A stretch of DNA of 64,000 bases from Kiritimatiellia bacterium (GCA_050949565.1 JBMNFY010000007.1:160001-224000), one strand, 5' to 3'; positions 39,425 through 49,837 are shown, counted from the first letter of the stretch. Numbers and translations: made by a program. The notes: generated by a model not told the origin, from the letters alone.

Positions 39425-39596
39425 AACCACGGAACACACCGAACACACGGAAAGGCATGGCTCTGTTTACGTGTGTTTAGTGTGTTCCGTGGTTAAACAA
39501 TCGATCCCGATAGCGATCCCGATCCCGATTTGGATGAAACCATGAAACCAGAAACCTTGAAACCAAAGAGAGTTGAAGATTCAACTGCTCTTTTTG
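39425..39596. repeat. Composite short-repeat cluster (9-mer inverted pair, hexamers, GAAACCA units, hairpin)
   Basis: AACCACGGAACACACCGAACACACG paired with CGTGTGTTTAGTGTGTTCCGTGGTT; (CGATCC/CGATAG)n; GAAACCAT-GAAACCA-GAAACCTT-GAAACCA; AAGAGAGTTGAA/TTCAACTGCTCTT. Confidence 0.8.
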
Positions 39597-39600
39597 GGGC

Positions 39601-40329
39601 TTAATTGCCGGACGTGACCTTGAAGGAGTAGAAGCGGCAGCGTCCTTCTGAGCCGAGAATGCCGACACGGAACTTCTCGGGAAGGAGCGGATCGCTGAAG
39701 CCGACCTCGTGACCGCCGCAACGGACGGTCATCTGTCCCGTCGGCCGTCCACGGTGTATCTTGCGTTCGACGGTCATCGACAGATCGTAGCGCGTCTTCG
39801 GTTCAAAGCGCGTCACGAGCCAGGCGACCTTGTCGATCGGGATGTGCTGCACGCCATCCCCCGGATGTGGCTTGTGGTGCCAGATATTAAGCCCCCCGTC
39901 ATAAAGGACGATCTCGTAGAAATCAATGAGTTGGTCACGTCCCTGAGCGTCCTTTGTCATCTCTTTGACGAGAACGAGTGACGGCGCCATGCGATGGTCG
40001 AAGCTGGTCTCGGTTGTGCAGGTCACCTTCCCCGAATAGACGTTCGTCAGGACCAGCGCCGAGAAGGTGTCGATCTGGTGCTTTTTGAAGATCTCCTCGT
40101 CAGTCCAGGCCGGATCGCTCCAGTTGACGAGGCCGTCCTTCTCTTGAACCATGGGCGTGCCACGGTCCCAGTCGGGGTTCCGCGGCGAAAGCCAGCGGCT
40201 ACGATCCCATCGGCCCTCAGCAAAGTCAAAGGACTCGCTTACCGGAGCGGCGAGGCAAAAACAACATGGAACCATCGCCGTCAGCGTAAAAGCCAACGTG
40301 ACGAAGACAAACATCATACGCACTTTCAT
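39601..40329 (-). CDS. Secreted hypothetical protein, probable concanavalin-like beta-sandwich
   Basis: GAGGA RBS, signal peptide, beta-rich sequence ending GRCRFYSFKV. Confidence 0.7.
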   Translation of the reverse strand: MKVRMMFVFVTLAFTLTAMVPCCFCLAAPVSESFDFAEGRWDRSRWLSPRNPDWDRGTPMVQEKDGLVNWSDPAWTDEEIFKKHQIDTFSALVLTNVYSGKVTCTTETSFDHRMAPSLVLVKEMTKDAQGRDQLIDFYEIVLYDGGLNIWHHKPHPGDGVQHIPIDKVAWLVTRFEPKTRYDLSMTVERKIHRGRPTGQMTVRCGGHEVGFSDPLLPEKFRVGILGSEGRCRFYSFKVTSGN

Positions 40330-40373
40330 GATTCAATCCTCTCTGTGAAATTCGACCCAGGCAACAAACCGTT

Positions 40374-41711
40374 TTAACGCCGCAGTTGCTCCTCGGAACC
40401 CTTGCCCGTAGCGGATAACGTGAAGTCGGCGGGCTGCCCCTTCTTCTGCCGGGAGAGGAAATCGAAGCCTGCGGGGAAGTTGCCGCCGTGTCCGCCCTCG
40501 AAGAGCGTGAAGCGCACGTTCGCCGACGTGCGGCGGAAGTGAATGCGGATCGTCTCGTGGTAGAAGGGATCTTTTTCCCCCGTGTACTTGAGTGCCTCGG
40601 GCACGGCCTGATTCTTCTCAATGAAGTCGATGTCGGCTTCGGAAACGCGGTCCTGCTCGTCGGCCAGCACGTTGAACGCGCGGAAAGAGTGCCCCACGGG
40701 CACGGAGCCCTGCCAGCCGTCGTGGATGCCCGTGACGATGTAGACCGGCACGCCCGCCTCGCGCGCGGCGGGCAGGAAGGTGAGCGGCGACCGATGCTTG
40801 TACTCTTCGGGCTTCTCGGTCGGTGTGCCGCCGCAGGCCGACACGAGCATTTTGGCGTAGTTCTTACCGCGACCGGGATGCTCCTCAAGGGACTCATGGT
40901 ACCAGCGCGCGCAATCGGTGATCGGACAGAACGCCGCGCCGCCCGCGAACACTTCGGGGTGGCGTCCGCACATCAGCAGCGTCATGTGGCCGCCACCCGA
41001 CCCGCCGATGATGTACACGCGCGAAGCGTCCACCTTCACGCGCCCCTTCGCGTAGTTCACGGCGTCCACGATATCCTGTACCGCGTAGTCCGAACCGCAA
41101 GCCTGCGGCGTGGAGTTGGGCCCGCGGAAGTTCGGCCCCACGAATGCCCAGCCGCTCTTCTCGGCATAGGCCTGCACACCCTTGTCGTGACTGAGCTGCA
41201 GGTAGTCGGCACTCCAGGTATGAAGGCCCACGATGAGCGGCACGGCTTCGGCCTTGGCCTTCTCGGGAGCCCAGAAGTAACAGGGCTGGTCGGTGCCGTC
41301 GAGGGACGACTTAATCCACACGAGACGTTGCTGCCAAACGGCCCAGTCCTTCGTCTTCTGCGGCCCGCCCTTCTTGTCAACGGTGAGGCGCGCGGCCACT
41401 GGCTCGTCGATCTTCACGCCTTTGGCAAACTCTTCAAAGGTGTATTTGCCGAGCTGCAGCGGGCCTTCGTGCAGAATCCAATTCTGTGGCTTCAACCCCA
41501 CCACGATGATCGTGGCCGGCCCTTTCTCCGTCGGCGCGAAGTCGAACGAAAGCGCGAGTTGCTTGTGCTCGTCACGGTCAACCTTGATGTTCGTCACCTT
41601 CGCCCCCTCGCACGCGAGCAATTGCCCTGTCGCGTCCAGCGAAACCCTTACCGCCGCCGTCGCTTCCAAGGCCATCGTGGCCATCATCACCATTAGAGCT
41701 ATTTTCTTCAT
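40374..41711 (-). CDS. Secreted alpha/beta hydrolase (S9 peptidase/esterase-like)
   Basis: Signal peptide MKKIALM, PLIVGLHTWS, GGSGGG nucleophile elbow, FEGGH. Confidence 0.85.
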   Translation of the reverse strand: MKKIALMVMMATMALEATAAVRVSLDATGQLLACEGAKVTNIKVDRDEHKQLALSFDFAPTEKGPATIIVVGLKPQNWILHEGPLQLGKYTFEEFAKGVKIDEPVAARLTVDKKGGPQKTKDWAVWQQRLVWIKSSLDGTDQPCYFWAPEKAKAEAVPLIVGLHTWSADYLQLSHDKGVQAYAEKSGWAFVGPNFRGPNSTPQACGSDYAVQDIVDAVNYAKGRVKVDASRVYIIGGSGGGHMTLLMCGRHPEVFAGGAAFCPITDCARWYHESLEEHPGRGKNYAKMLVSACGGTPTEKPEEYKHRSPLTFLPAAREAGVPVYIVTGIHDGWQGSVPVGHSFRAFNVLADEQDRVSEADIDFIEKNQAVPEALKYTGEKDPFYHETIRIHFRRTSANVRFTLFEGGHGGNFPAGFDFLSRQKKGQPADFTLSATGKGSEEQLRR

Positions 41712-41771
41712 TTTACGATCACCCGCCAGCATATCCAAGTTAATTAGTGCATGAGTTTGTCTGGGATCGCG

Positions 41772-41812
41772 CTGCCCCCAAAAAACCTCTGCGTCTCTGC
41801 GCCTCTGCGTTA
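41772..41812. repeat. Octamer array CTCTGCG(T/C) with a conserved leader
   Basis: CTGCCCCCAAAAAACCTCTGCGTCTCTGCGCCTCTGCGTTA; near-identical 30-mer at 59561-59590. Confidence 0.75.
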
Positions 41813-41888
41813 AACAAACAACTTTTTTTATCGCGCTTGTCGAGCCGTAAGCCACCCACCGATTATGTCAACCCCCAAACGGCCGCGT

Positions 41889-44279
41889 TCAAAGCCCCGG
41901 CACCGGCACGACCGTCACGACAACGGTTGCGTTTGACTGCGTGCCTGTATACCAGGCGCAGCAGTCGGTCTTCCCTTGAAGCCGGGTCGCCTTCACGTTG
42001 CCCGCGTCGTAGATGCGGGGCTCGAACCCTTCGGCGAGAACTTCCGGCTCCGGCCAGGCATCGGGATGCGTGAAGATGAAATCGGCCTTCGCGACACGGC
42101 GCTTGAGCTTCCGCGCTCCGCGGTGATAGTAGTAGTTCGCGACAAGCCCCGTCTTCGGATCGTAGATGAGACTCGGCGTCGACTCCCGCACATCGCCGAT
42201 ATTGGTGCGCGCCTTCGTCCATGTTTTTCCGCCGTCCGTGCTTGTCACCTGGAACTGCGTACCGAGCCCCTGTTCGCAACGTCCGATGAGAAGGATGCGT
42301 CCGTTCCCGAGTGAGACGATCGAGGATTCGGTGACCCACTCCTTGACCGGCAGATTAGATTCGATCGTCCGCTGCTCCCATGTGCGACCGTCATCCGTAC
42401 TCACAAGAATACCCCAGGAGTTGCCCCCGTCCTTGTGGTAGTTTCCGGCGAACCACGGGGAAACGAGACCGAGCCCGGTTACGAAGACAGGGTCAAGAAC
42501 CTGAACCGGAAACGGATCGGGGCGAAGCGAGGCGATCTTCGTGAACGAGAGGCCGTCTGCCGAGCGGTAAAGCTCATGGCGGCGACTGTCCTCGACGCCC
42601 CAGCAACGCACCCACGCAAGCACCGCGCCCGTTGAATCAAGCCCGATGCCCTCGTTCACCTCAGCGATTTTCGGATCGCTCGCCATCGTCACCTCCGCCG
42701 ACCAGGTCCTACCGCCGTCCTCGGAGACCTTCGCATAGGAATCGCGGCTGCCCGGATTGGTCGTATGGCCATCCGGCGGAAGCGCGTTGTCGCGGCTGTA
42801 GGTACAGACGAGCTTCGCACCCATCGCCTGAATCATCGGCCAGGAGTTGTAGCCGCGCCGGTTCTGCACGACAAACGCATTCTCCGGCATCCGGCAGTCG
42901 CCGATCCCGCCGTTGCGCGCGGGTTCCTCAATGAGGATCTCATCGTGCGGCTCGCTCGGCACATAACCGTGGGTCGAGCCCTGCACCCAGCGGATGCGCT
43001 TGGGACAAGAGAGGTTGTTCCACATCGCCCAGATGCCCGACGGCGGGCAGCAGTAGTCGCCGAGTCCCGCGCGTGTCACGTTCACAAAACAAGTCTTCGG
43101 AATGCGCTTGGCGAGATTGACGGGATCGTAGTACCGGAGGGCCGGTGTCTCGCGGATGTACCAAGGGTCGATGATGCGCTTGAGCGTATCGCGGCCGCCC
43201 ATGTCGCAGTTCCAAGGGATGGACGGTTCGCAAAGCGTGACCGCAGGATCAAGACCCGCCGCCCAAAGCGACTGCATGCCGCCCATCGAACCGCCCGCGA
43301 CGCGCAGGTTCCGGCCATCCCACTCGGGCAGCGACTTCAGATATTCGAGCGCGCGCATCAGGCGATAGGTGTAACCGCTGAAATAGGAAGTCTCGGGATC
43401 GGCGTTCTGCTTCTCGTCGAAACAGAACGTCTTGCCGCCCGAGCAAATCGAGCGGTAAAACTCGTCATAATATTCCGGTTCGCGCTCAAGTTCATAGCCG
43501 TGCGGCGAGAAGTAGAACGCGATCTTGTCGCCACCGCCCGAAACCGGATGGACGACGTGCCCCTTGTTCGGATAGGTATGGCCGTAGCCATGCAGGGAAA
43601 CGGTAGTCGGATACTTGCCCGGCTTCTTCGGGATCGCGAGGTAGCCAGTTGAAGGCCGGGGCCCCGCACATTTGATCGAGACCGCGTACATCGTCTCGAA
43701 ATCATTCTGCTGCTTCGCGATCGGCCGACGATCCGCCTCGAGCGGCACCTTCGCCAGACGTGCCCGACGCCGCGCCCAGAACGCATCAAAATCCTCCGGT
43801 TCTGGGACACTCGTAAGCTTCTCGGGCTCGACGCCTGCGCTGCCGTCAAAGAAAATCCGGCGGTCCTTCTTTTCGAATGCGTTTAGCGCCCTCTTGCCCT
43901 CGGGCGTCGTCGTGTCGCCACGGAATTGCTTGAGCACGGTCTTACCTTTCTCGTCGACGACGGTGGCGGTCATGCGCACGAATCCAGCTCTGTCGAGCGC
44001 GGTCGTATGGGCGAACAACTGACCGAAAACGAGCGGCTCGCGTCCGTTCGCCCGTTTGCCGTCATCACCCGTGCGCGACCATGAAATGAAATACTTGCCA
44101 GCCGGAAACGCCTCAGCACCCTCGACCGAAAGCGTAAAGATGATCACGTCGCCCGGTTTGTAGTCGAATGCACGCCGGTCAGTCGCACCATGCAACACGG
44201 CGTTGTCGAGTTCGTCGGCACCCAACGCGCCAGCAACGGCCGAGACAAACAACAGCACCATCCACCGATTTTTCTTCAT
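41889..44279 (-). CDS. Secreted acetyl xylan esterase (CE7/AXE1-like) fused to a BNR/sialidase-like beta-propeller
   Basis: PEDFDAFW, LHGYG, GGSMGG, GSTHG; Asp-boxes SEDGGRTW, SADGLSF, STDDGRTW, STDGGKTW. Confidence 0.85.
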   Translation of the reverse strand: MKKNRWMVLLFVSAVAGALGADELDNAVLHGATDRRAFDYKPGDVIIFTLSVEGAEAFPAGKYFISWSRTGDDGKRANGREPLVFGQLFAHTTALDRAGFVRMTATVVDEKGKTVLKQFRGDTTTPEGKRALNAFEKKDRRIFFDGSAGVEPEKLTSVPEPEDFDAFWARRRARLAKVPLEADRRPIAKQQNDFETMYAVSIKCAGPRPSTGYLAIPKKPGKYPTTVSLHGYGHTYPNKGHVVHPVSGGGDKIAFYFSPHGYELEREPEYYDEFYRSICSGGKTFCFDEKQNADPETSYFSGYTYRLMRALEYLKSLPEWDGRNLRVAGGSMGGMQSLWAAGLDPAVTLCEPSIPWNCDMGGRDTLKRIIDPWYIRETPALRYYDPVNLAKRIPKTCFVNVTRAGLGDYCCPPSGIWAMWNNLSCPKRIRWVQGSTHGYVPSEPHDEILIEEPARNGGIGDCRMPENAFVVQNRRGYNSWPMIQAMGAKLVCTYSRDNALPPDGHTTNPGSRDSYAKVSEDGGRTWSAEVTMASDPKIAEVNEGIGLDSTGAVLAWVRCWGVEDSRRHELYRSADGLSFTKIASLRPDPFPVQVLDPVFVTGLGLVSPWFAGNYHKDGGNSWGILVSTDDGRTWEQRTIESNLPVKEWVTESSIVSLGNGRILLIGRCEQGLGTQFQVTSTDGGKTWTKARTNIGDVRESTPSLIYDPKTGLVANYYYHRGARKLKRRVAKADFIFTHPDAWPEPEVLAEGFEPRIYDAGNVKATRLQGKTDCCAWYTGTQSNATVVVTVVPVPGL

Positions 44280-44444
44280 GCCCCCTACCCCTCCTTTTGC
44301 TTCTGGCATTGTATCAAAATAACCTAATTCAGGAAATGGGTTTACGTCGTCACCTGTTTTACGCTATAGTCCTGTCCCGGTCACGCACTGACGCTTGATC
44401 GGTTTTTTTGTTTCTTCCCCCTATCGCGTAGAGGCAGGCTATTT

Positions 44445-45965
44445 ATGATGAACAAAATCGGTTTTGACAATGACACATACCTCGCTGAGCAAACCGAGGA
44501 AATCAAGCGTCGCGCCGAGAAGAGCGGCAACAAGCTCTATCTCGAATTCGGCGGCAAGCTCATGCACGATATGCACGCGGCCCGCGTCCTACCCGGCTAC
44601 GATCCGAATGTCAAAATACGCCTTCTGCAAAAGCTCAAGGACAAGGCCGAGATCGTGCTTTGCATCTTTGCGGGTGATATCGAACGCAAAAAAATGCGCG
44701 CGGATTTTGGCATCTCTTACGACACCGACGCGCTCAAAATGATCGATGGCCTGCGCAGTTGGGGACTGCTGATCCGCGCTGTGGTCATCACCCGTTTTTG
44801 CGGACAGCACGCCGCCAAGCAGTTCCGCGCCCGCCTCGAACACCGCGGCATCAAGGTCTATTATCACTACATGACCCAAGGTTACCCCGCCAACGTCGAT
44901 ACAATCGTCAGTCCCGAGGGTTACGGGGCGAATGAGTACATCGAGACCGAACGGCCGATCGTGGTCGTGACCGGACCGGGTCCCGGCAGCGGCAAGCTGG
45001 CCACCTGCCTCACCCAGCTTTACCATGACCGCAATGCAGGACGCTTGGCCGGCTATGCCAAATTTGAAACTTTTCCAGTCTGGAATCTGCCATTGGAACA
45101 CCCCATCAACATCGCCTATGAAGCCGCCACAGTCGATATCAACGACGCCAACATGGTGGACCCCTACCATCTTCAGGCCTACCAAGAGGTGGCAATTAAC
45201 TACAACCGCGACGTCGATGCCTTCCCGCTGCTGCGTGCCATCTGGGAGAAGATCACCCACGAACCCTGTCCCTATAAATCGCCGACCGATATGGGCGTTA
45301 ACCGCGTGGGTTTCGGTATCACCGACGACGAGGTTGTCTGCGCGGCGTCCAAGCAAGAGGTAATCCGGCGCTACTTCCGTCACCTTTGCGAATTCTCGTC
45401 CGGGCAGACCGAACATATCACCGTAGACCGCATCGAACTGTTGATGCAAAAGTTGGACCTGGTTCCGGAAGACCGTGTGGTTGTGACACCCGCGCGTCAG
45501 GCGGGCCAAGATGCCATGAAAAAAGGCAAGGGACGTAACGGGATATTCTGCGGCGCAGCCATGCAGCTCAAAGACGGACGGATCGTTACAGGTAAAAACT
45601 CCGAGCAGATGCACGCAGCAGCAAGCATGGTCCTGAACGCGATCAAGGAACTCTCAGGCATTCCAGATCAGATCCACCTGATCGCGCCGCAGGTCGTGCA
45701 GTCGATCGTGCACATGAAACATGACATCCTCAAGGGCAAGTACACAAGCCTGAATCTTGACGAAGCTCTGATCGGACTCGCGGTCAGTTGCGCGACCAAT
45801 CCCGCCGCCCAGATCGCGATGGAGCGGCTGATCGACCTGCGTGACTGTGAGGTGCACCTGACTCACATGGTGACCCCCGGCGACGAGGCGGGCCTGCGGC
45901 GTCTGGGCATGCGCTGCACGAGCGATCCCTTCTTCGCCTCGTCCGAGTTGGTTATTGACGCGTAA
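44445..45965 (+). CDS. DUF1846 family protein
   Basis: KLYLEFGGKL..D.HAARVLPG, GPGSGKLATCL, KFETFP.WNLPL.HP.N.AYEAAT, YKSPTDMGVN. Confidence 0.92.
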   Translation: MMNKIGFDNDTYLAEQTEEIKRRAEKSGNKLYLEFGGKLMHDMHAARVLPGYDPNVKIRLLQKLKDKAEIVLCIFAGDIERKKMRADFGISYDTDALKMIDGLRSWGLLIRAVVITRFCGQHAAKQFRARLEHRGIKVYYHYMTQGYPANVDTIVSPEGYGANEYIETERPIVVVTGPGPGSGKLATCLTQLYHDRNAGRLAGYAKFETFPVWNLPLEHPINIAYEAATVDINDANMVDPYHLQAYQEVAINYNRDVDAFPLLRAIWEKITHEPCPYKSPTDMGVNRVGFGITDDEVVCAASKQEVIRRYFRHLCEFSSGQTEHITVDRIELLMQKLDLVPEDRVVVTPARQAGQDAMKKGKGRNGIFCGAAMQLKDGRIVTGKNSEQMHAAASMVLNAIKELSGIPDQIHLIAPQVVQSIVHMKHDILKGKYTSLNLDEALIGLAVSCATNPAAQIAMERLIDLRDCEVHLTHMVTPGDEAGLRRLGMRCTSDPFFASSELVIDA

Positions 45966-46443
45966 GCGTCAACCGGTACCAGAGCATCCGGTCGCCATCG
46001 AAAACGAAGCGCCCCTCGAACGCTTTGCCGTCGAGCATCAGCGGAATCCAAAGCCGGTCGTCGGCCCACATGCGATCGTACGGGATGTCGGATTCCGCAC
46101 ACCAGAAGGGCGCTGCTTCGTCGGTCTCCGTGAGCGTGCCGTCATAGCCGTCAGCGGTGAAGACGCAACAGCTCAGCGAATAGCCGTCCATAAAGGCAAA
46201 ATCAAGGTGACCGGCCGAACGCAGGCCGCTGGGCGTCAGCCCCACTTCTTCGCGCGTCTCGCGCACCGCCGCCTGCTCAGGCGTCTCGCCCGGTTCGAGG
46301 CGGCCACCCGGTGCGTTCACTTTGCCCTGACCCAACCCTCTTTTTTTGACGATCAGCAGAAGCCGTCCTTCACATCGGATAAACGTGAGCACCGCACGAT
46401 CCTTCGGCGCCCACTTCTCCCAATCAATCCCGCCATCTTTCAC
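45952..46443 (-). CDS. Nudix hydrolase, MTH1/8-oxo-dGTPase-like
   Basis: KKRGLGQGKVNAPGGRLEPGETPEQAAVRETREEVG, IPYDRMWADD. Confidence 0.9.
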   Translation of the reverse strand: MKDGGIDWEKWAPKDRAVLTFIRCEGRLLLIVKKRGLGQGKVNAPGGRLEPGETPEQAAVRETREEVGLTPSGLRSAGHLDFAFMDGYSLSCCVFTADGYDGTLTETDEAAPFWCAESDIPYDRMWADDRLWIPLMLDGKAFEGRFVFDGDRMLWYRLTLTRQ

Positions 46444-46491
46444 TTCTTACTTCTTCGTTCTTCGTTATTAGTTCTTAGTTATTCGTTATTC
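46442..46491. repeat. Heptamer array filling the whole junction between the NDT-like and Nudix genes
   Basis: Minus strand GAATAAC GAATAAC TAAGAAC TAATAAC GAAGAAC GAAGAAG TAAGAAG, then TG. Confidence 0.85.
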
Positions 46492-46908
46492 CACATGCCT
46501 CGATATGAAATTGTCGCGGATGTAGTCGATTGCCTCTTCCAGTGATGGCAGGATCTTGGTGCAGTAGCGCACCATCCAGGGCGAGCAGTCCTGAAAACTG
46601 AAAGGCGAAAAAGCTACGACGAATTTGCCCAAATTGTGTGCCGCGAAAAAGACCTCCATCGAGGTACCGATCGAGGACTTATTGTAGTTCACCAGCAGGA
46701 TGTCGGCATCACGTACATCCTGCAGGTCGAACTCGACGATCTCATTGGCGCTATCGACTTCGCGATCCTTGAAGTTTCGTCTCATCGGGTCGAGCAGGAT
46801 AAAGTGGTCGCGCAAGGCTTCCTTGGCCCGTTCGCGCCAAGTCGCAGCCAGATCGGGATGCTCATCCATGATCGGGCCGGAGAGATATATCTTTTTTTTC
46901 ATATTCAT
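46486..46908 (-). CDS. Nucleoside 2-deoxyribosyltransferase/N-glycosidase-like protein
   Basis: [34 protein letters not shown]. Confidence 0.8.
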   Translation of the reverse strand: MNMKKKIYLSGPIMDEHPDLAATWRERAKEALRDHFILLDPMRRNFKDREVDSANEIVEFDLQDVRDADILLVNYNKSSIGTSMEVFFAAHNLGKFVVAFSPFSFQDCSPWMVRYCTKILPSLEEAIDYIRDNFISRHVE

Positions 46909-48581
46909 GGCACTTGGAAAGTAGCGGTCAGGGCTGCGACTTCCGCGCGCACCTTTTCGATCAACGCCGTATTTGAGAGGTCGGAGAGAATGTCGGCGAT
47001 CCATCCGCCGATCCGTTGCATGTCAGGCTCCCGCATGCCGCGCGTCGTGACCGACGCAGTACCGATGCGGATGCCGGAAGTCACGAACGGGCTGTTCTTG
47101 TCGAAAGGAATGGTGTTCTTGTTGCAGATAATGCCCGCGGCGTCCAGTGCGGCGGCGGCGTCCTTGCCAGTGAGACCGTTCCGCGCGACATTCACCAGCA
47201 TCAGATGGTTGTCCGTGCCGCCAGAGACCAGATGGAAGCCACGCGCCATGAGAGTAGTGGCCAGTGCCTTGCTGTTTGCTACGATCTGGTGCGCGTAGTC
47301 CTTGAACGCCGGCTGCAACGCCTCGTTGAAACAGACCGCCTTGGCCGCGATGATGTTTTCAAGCGGACCACCCTGCAAGCCGGGGAAGACCGTCTTATCG
47401 ACTGCTTTAGCAAATGTCTCTCGGCAGAGGATCAGACCGCCGCGCGGACCGCGCAGTGTCTTGTGCGTGGTCGTGGTCACAAATTCCGCGTACGGCACCG
47501 GACTCGGGTGTACGCCGCCGGCCACGAGACCTGCGATGTGCGCCATGTCCACCATCAGCATCGCACCGCAGGCGTCGGCGATCTTGCGGAATCGGGGGAA
47601 GTCCAACACACGCGGATAGGCGCTGGCGCCAGCCACGATCATACGCGGCCGGTGCTCCAGCGCGAGCTTTTCGATCTCGTCGTAGTCCAGCACCTCGGTC
47701 TCCGGTGAGACGCAGTACGGGACGATATTAAAGAGCTGGCCTGAGAAGTTGACCGGGCTGCCGTGCGTCAAGTGCCCGCCTTGGTCGAGACTCATTGAGA
47801 GTATCGTGTCGCCAGGTTGGAGGACCGAGAAGTAGACCGCCATGTTGGCCGAGCTGCCGCAATGCGGTTGCACGTTGGCGTGTTCGGCACCGAACAGCGT
47901 TTTGGCGCGCTCGATCGCCAAGGTCTCGGCGGTATCCACCGGGACGCAACCGCTGTACCAGCGCCGCCCCGGATAGCCTTCTGCATATTTGTTGGTCAGC
48001 ACGCTGCCCGAGGCCTCACGCACCGCGCGCGACACCGTGTTCTCTGAGGCGATCAGATTGATCGTGCTGTTCTCTTGGCGGATCTGCCCGACAACCGCCG
48101 CGTGAACTTCGGGATCAGCCGCCGCAAGGTGGGATATCTCGGACAGGCGTTCACCGCGCTCAAGTTTGTCAATGCGGCGTGCGTGACGTTCTTCCTGCGA
48201 GAACGGCGTCTCTAGGAAAGTCCGCGCAATATCGACGGCAACTTCGGGATCCATCGTGCCGGCCAAGACCAGTACGTTGGCATCATTGTGCGTGCGCGCC
48301 TTGACGGCGGCGGCGACTGACCCGCAGAGGGCCGCGCGCACACCGGCAAAGCGGTTTGCTGCGATGCTCATGCCGATCCCGGTCGTGCAAACCAGAATCG
48401 CGGCATCCGCGCGCTTCTCGGCGATCTGTTCAGCGACCTTAATCGCGAAATCTGGATAATCGACAGAGTCAGCGGAAGACGTCCCAAAGTCTTCTGTCGC
48501 ATCTCCGCGCGCTGCCAACATCTTGATGACAGCCTGCTTAACATTCAATCCACCGTGATCGCATCCGAGTACTAGTTTCAT
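46905..48581 (-). CDS. glyA: Fusion of ribose-5-phosphate isomerase B and serine hydroxymethyltransferase
   Basis: N-terminal [34 protein letters not shown]; C-terminal [34 protein letters not shown]; one continuous frame. Confidence 0.95.
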   Translation of the reverse strand: MKLVLGCDHGGLNVKQAVIKMLAARGDATEDFGTSSADSVDYPDFAIKVAEQIAEKRADAAILVCTTGIGMSIAANRFAGVRAALCGSVAAAVKARTHNDANVLVLAGTMDPEVAVDIARTFLETPFSQEERHARRIDKLERGERLSEISHLAAADPEVHAAVVGQIRQENSTINLIASENTVSRAVREASGSVLTNKYAEGYPGRRWYSGCVPVDTAETLAIERAKTLFGAEHANVQPHCGSSANMAVYFSVLQPGDTILSMSLDQGGHLTHGSPVNFSGQLFNIVPYCVSPETEVLDYDEIEKLALEHRPRMIVAGASAYPRVLDFPRFRKIADACGAMLMVDMAHIAGLVAGGVHPSPVPYAEFVTTTTHKTLRGPRGGLILCRETFAKAVDKTVFPGLQGGPLENIIAAKAVCFNEALQPAFKDYAHQIVANSKALATTLMARGFHLVSGGTDNHLMLVNVARNGLTGKDAAAALDAAGIICNKNTIPFDKNSPFVTSGIRIGTASVTTRGMREPDMQRIGGWIADILSDLSNTALIEKVRAEVAALTATFQVP

Positions 48582-48663
48582 CAAACTTTGCTCCGAAAGT
48601 AAAAAAGGTCATCGTGCTTCGAATGCGCGGGACTATAACATGTGGCGGGTTGCTCCGGCAAGA

Positions 48664-49095
48664 TCAACTCTCCCCATCCTCCTTGTTCTTCGGCACGGGC
48701 AAACCTGCTTTATAAACACGCATCGCGAGCATGTAGCCGACGGTGACGGTACAACAGAGTAGCAACGGCAATATTGAGCGCAAATAACCGAACAGATCAT
48801 AGATCAGGGTGTTCCAGAGTGCCACGCCACCAAATCCTGCAACCAGCATACTTAAAAATACAACCCCATAGGGCACACGCCACAGGATCAACACACGGTA
48901 GAGTCCGGCTGCGACAACGAAAAAAGGAGCGGCGACCCACGAGATGCTCAAGCCCAAACCCGCGATTACCTGCCAAAACGCCCAGCGCCGAGGACCTGAG
49001 ATCAACAGCGGGAAGTAGTAAGCCAACACAAAGAGTTGCGGCACCAACAACATTGTCACCGCAATCAGGCCGACCGTGCGCCACCTTGTTTTCAT
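48664..49095 (-). CDS. Hypothetical four-TM membrane protein
   Basis: GGAGG RBS, ATGA overlap with lipB, hydrophobic helices. Confidence 0.65.
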   Translation of the reverse strand: MKTRWRTVGLIAVTMLLVPQLFVLAYYFPLLISGPRRWAFWQVIAGLGLSISWVAAPFFVVAAGLYRVLILWRVPYGVVFLSMLVAGFGGVALWNTLIYDLFGYLRSILPLLLCCTVTVGYMLAMRVYKAGLPVPKNKEDGES

Positions 49096-49742
49096 GTTTC
49101 CTCCCCGTATTCGAAGACCTCGCGAAAGGAAGTCTCGACCCGCCGCTTCACGTCGGACATGTCCGGCGTCTCGTCCAACAACAAAGCTAGCGACGTAACA
49201 TCGGCATCCTGCAATCCGCACGCCACAATACCGCTGTAGTCCGCCATGCGGGGCGACACATTCAACGCGAAGCCATGCATCGTCACCTGGCGCGAGACAC
49301 GTATCCCCAGCGCCGCAAGCTTTGCGTTGCCCACCCATACACCGCGGTTGCGCGTGTCGCGTCCAGCTTCGACCCCAAACGTCGCCACGGCGCGAATCAG
49401 AGTCTCCTCCAGCGCGTCAATATACTCCAACACCCGCAATCTGGCTTCACCCAAATGCAAAATCGGGTAGCCCACCAACTGCCCCGGGCCATGGTAGGTG
49501 ACATCGCCGCCACGCGTGGTCGTCACCCGTTCGATGCCAAGCGCACGCAGGCGCTCCTCAGAATAGAGCACGTGCGACTCGGCGGCAGAACGACCCAACG
49601 TGTAGACCGGACGATGCTCCAGCAACAGCAGGGTGTCCGGGCACTCGCCCGCCACCCGCTGTGCATGTATCCGTTCCTGAAGGGAGAACACCTCGCAGTA
49701 TCCGGCGTCGCGTCCCAAGTCCCTGACTCTCAACGTCCGCAC
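49092..49742 (-). CDS. lipB: Lipoyl(octanoyl) transferase
   Basis: LLEHRPVYTLGR, RGGDVTYHGPGQLVGYP, KLAALG, HGFALN. Confidence 0.96.
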   Translation of the reverse strand: MRTLRVRDLGRDAGYCEVFSLQERIHAQRVAGECPDTLLLLEHRPVYTLGRSAAESHVLYSEERLRALGIERVTTTRGGDVTYHGPGQLVGYPILHLGEARLRVLEYIDALEETLIRAVATFGVEAGRDTRNRGVWVGNAKLAALGIRVSRQVTMHGFALNVSPRMADYSGIVACGLQDADVTSLALLLDETPDMSDVKRRVETSFREVFEYGEET

Positions 49743-49837
49743 ATCGCCCTCGCCGGTAGTCTAAACACAAAATCCGGTCCCCCCACTGACGTGCGGCGAC
49801 CGGTAAATGAGTGAATACAACAACAAACGCGAGCGCT

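Noticed and set aside
41712-41855. N-terminal extension containing TQRRRDAE on the hydrolase
   Set aside because: It is the octamer repeat read in frame; the signal peptide begins at 41711
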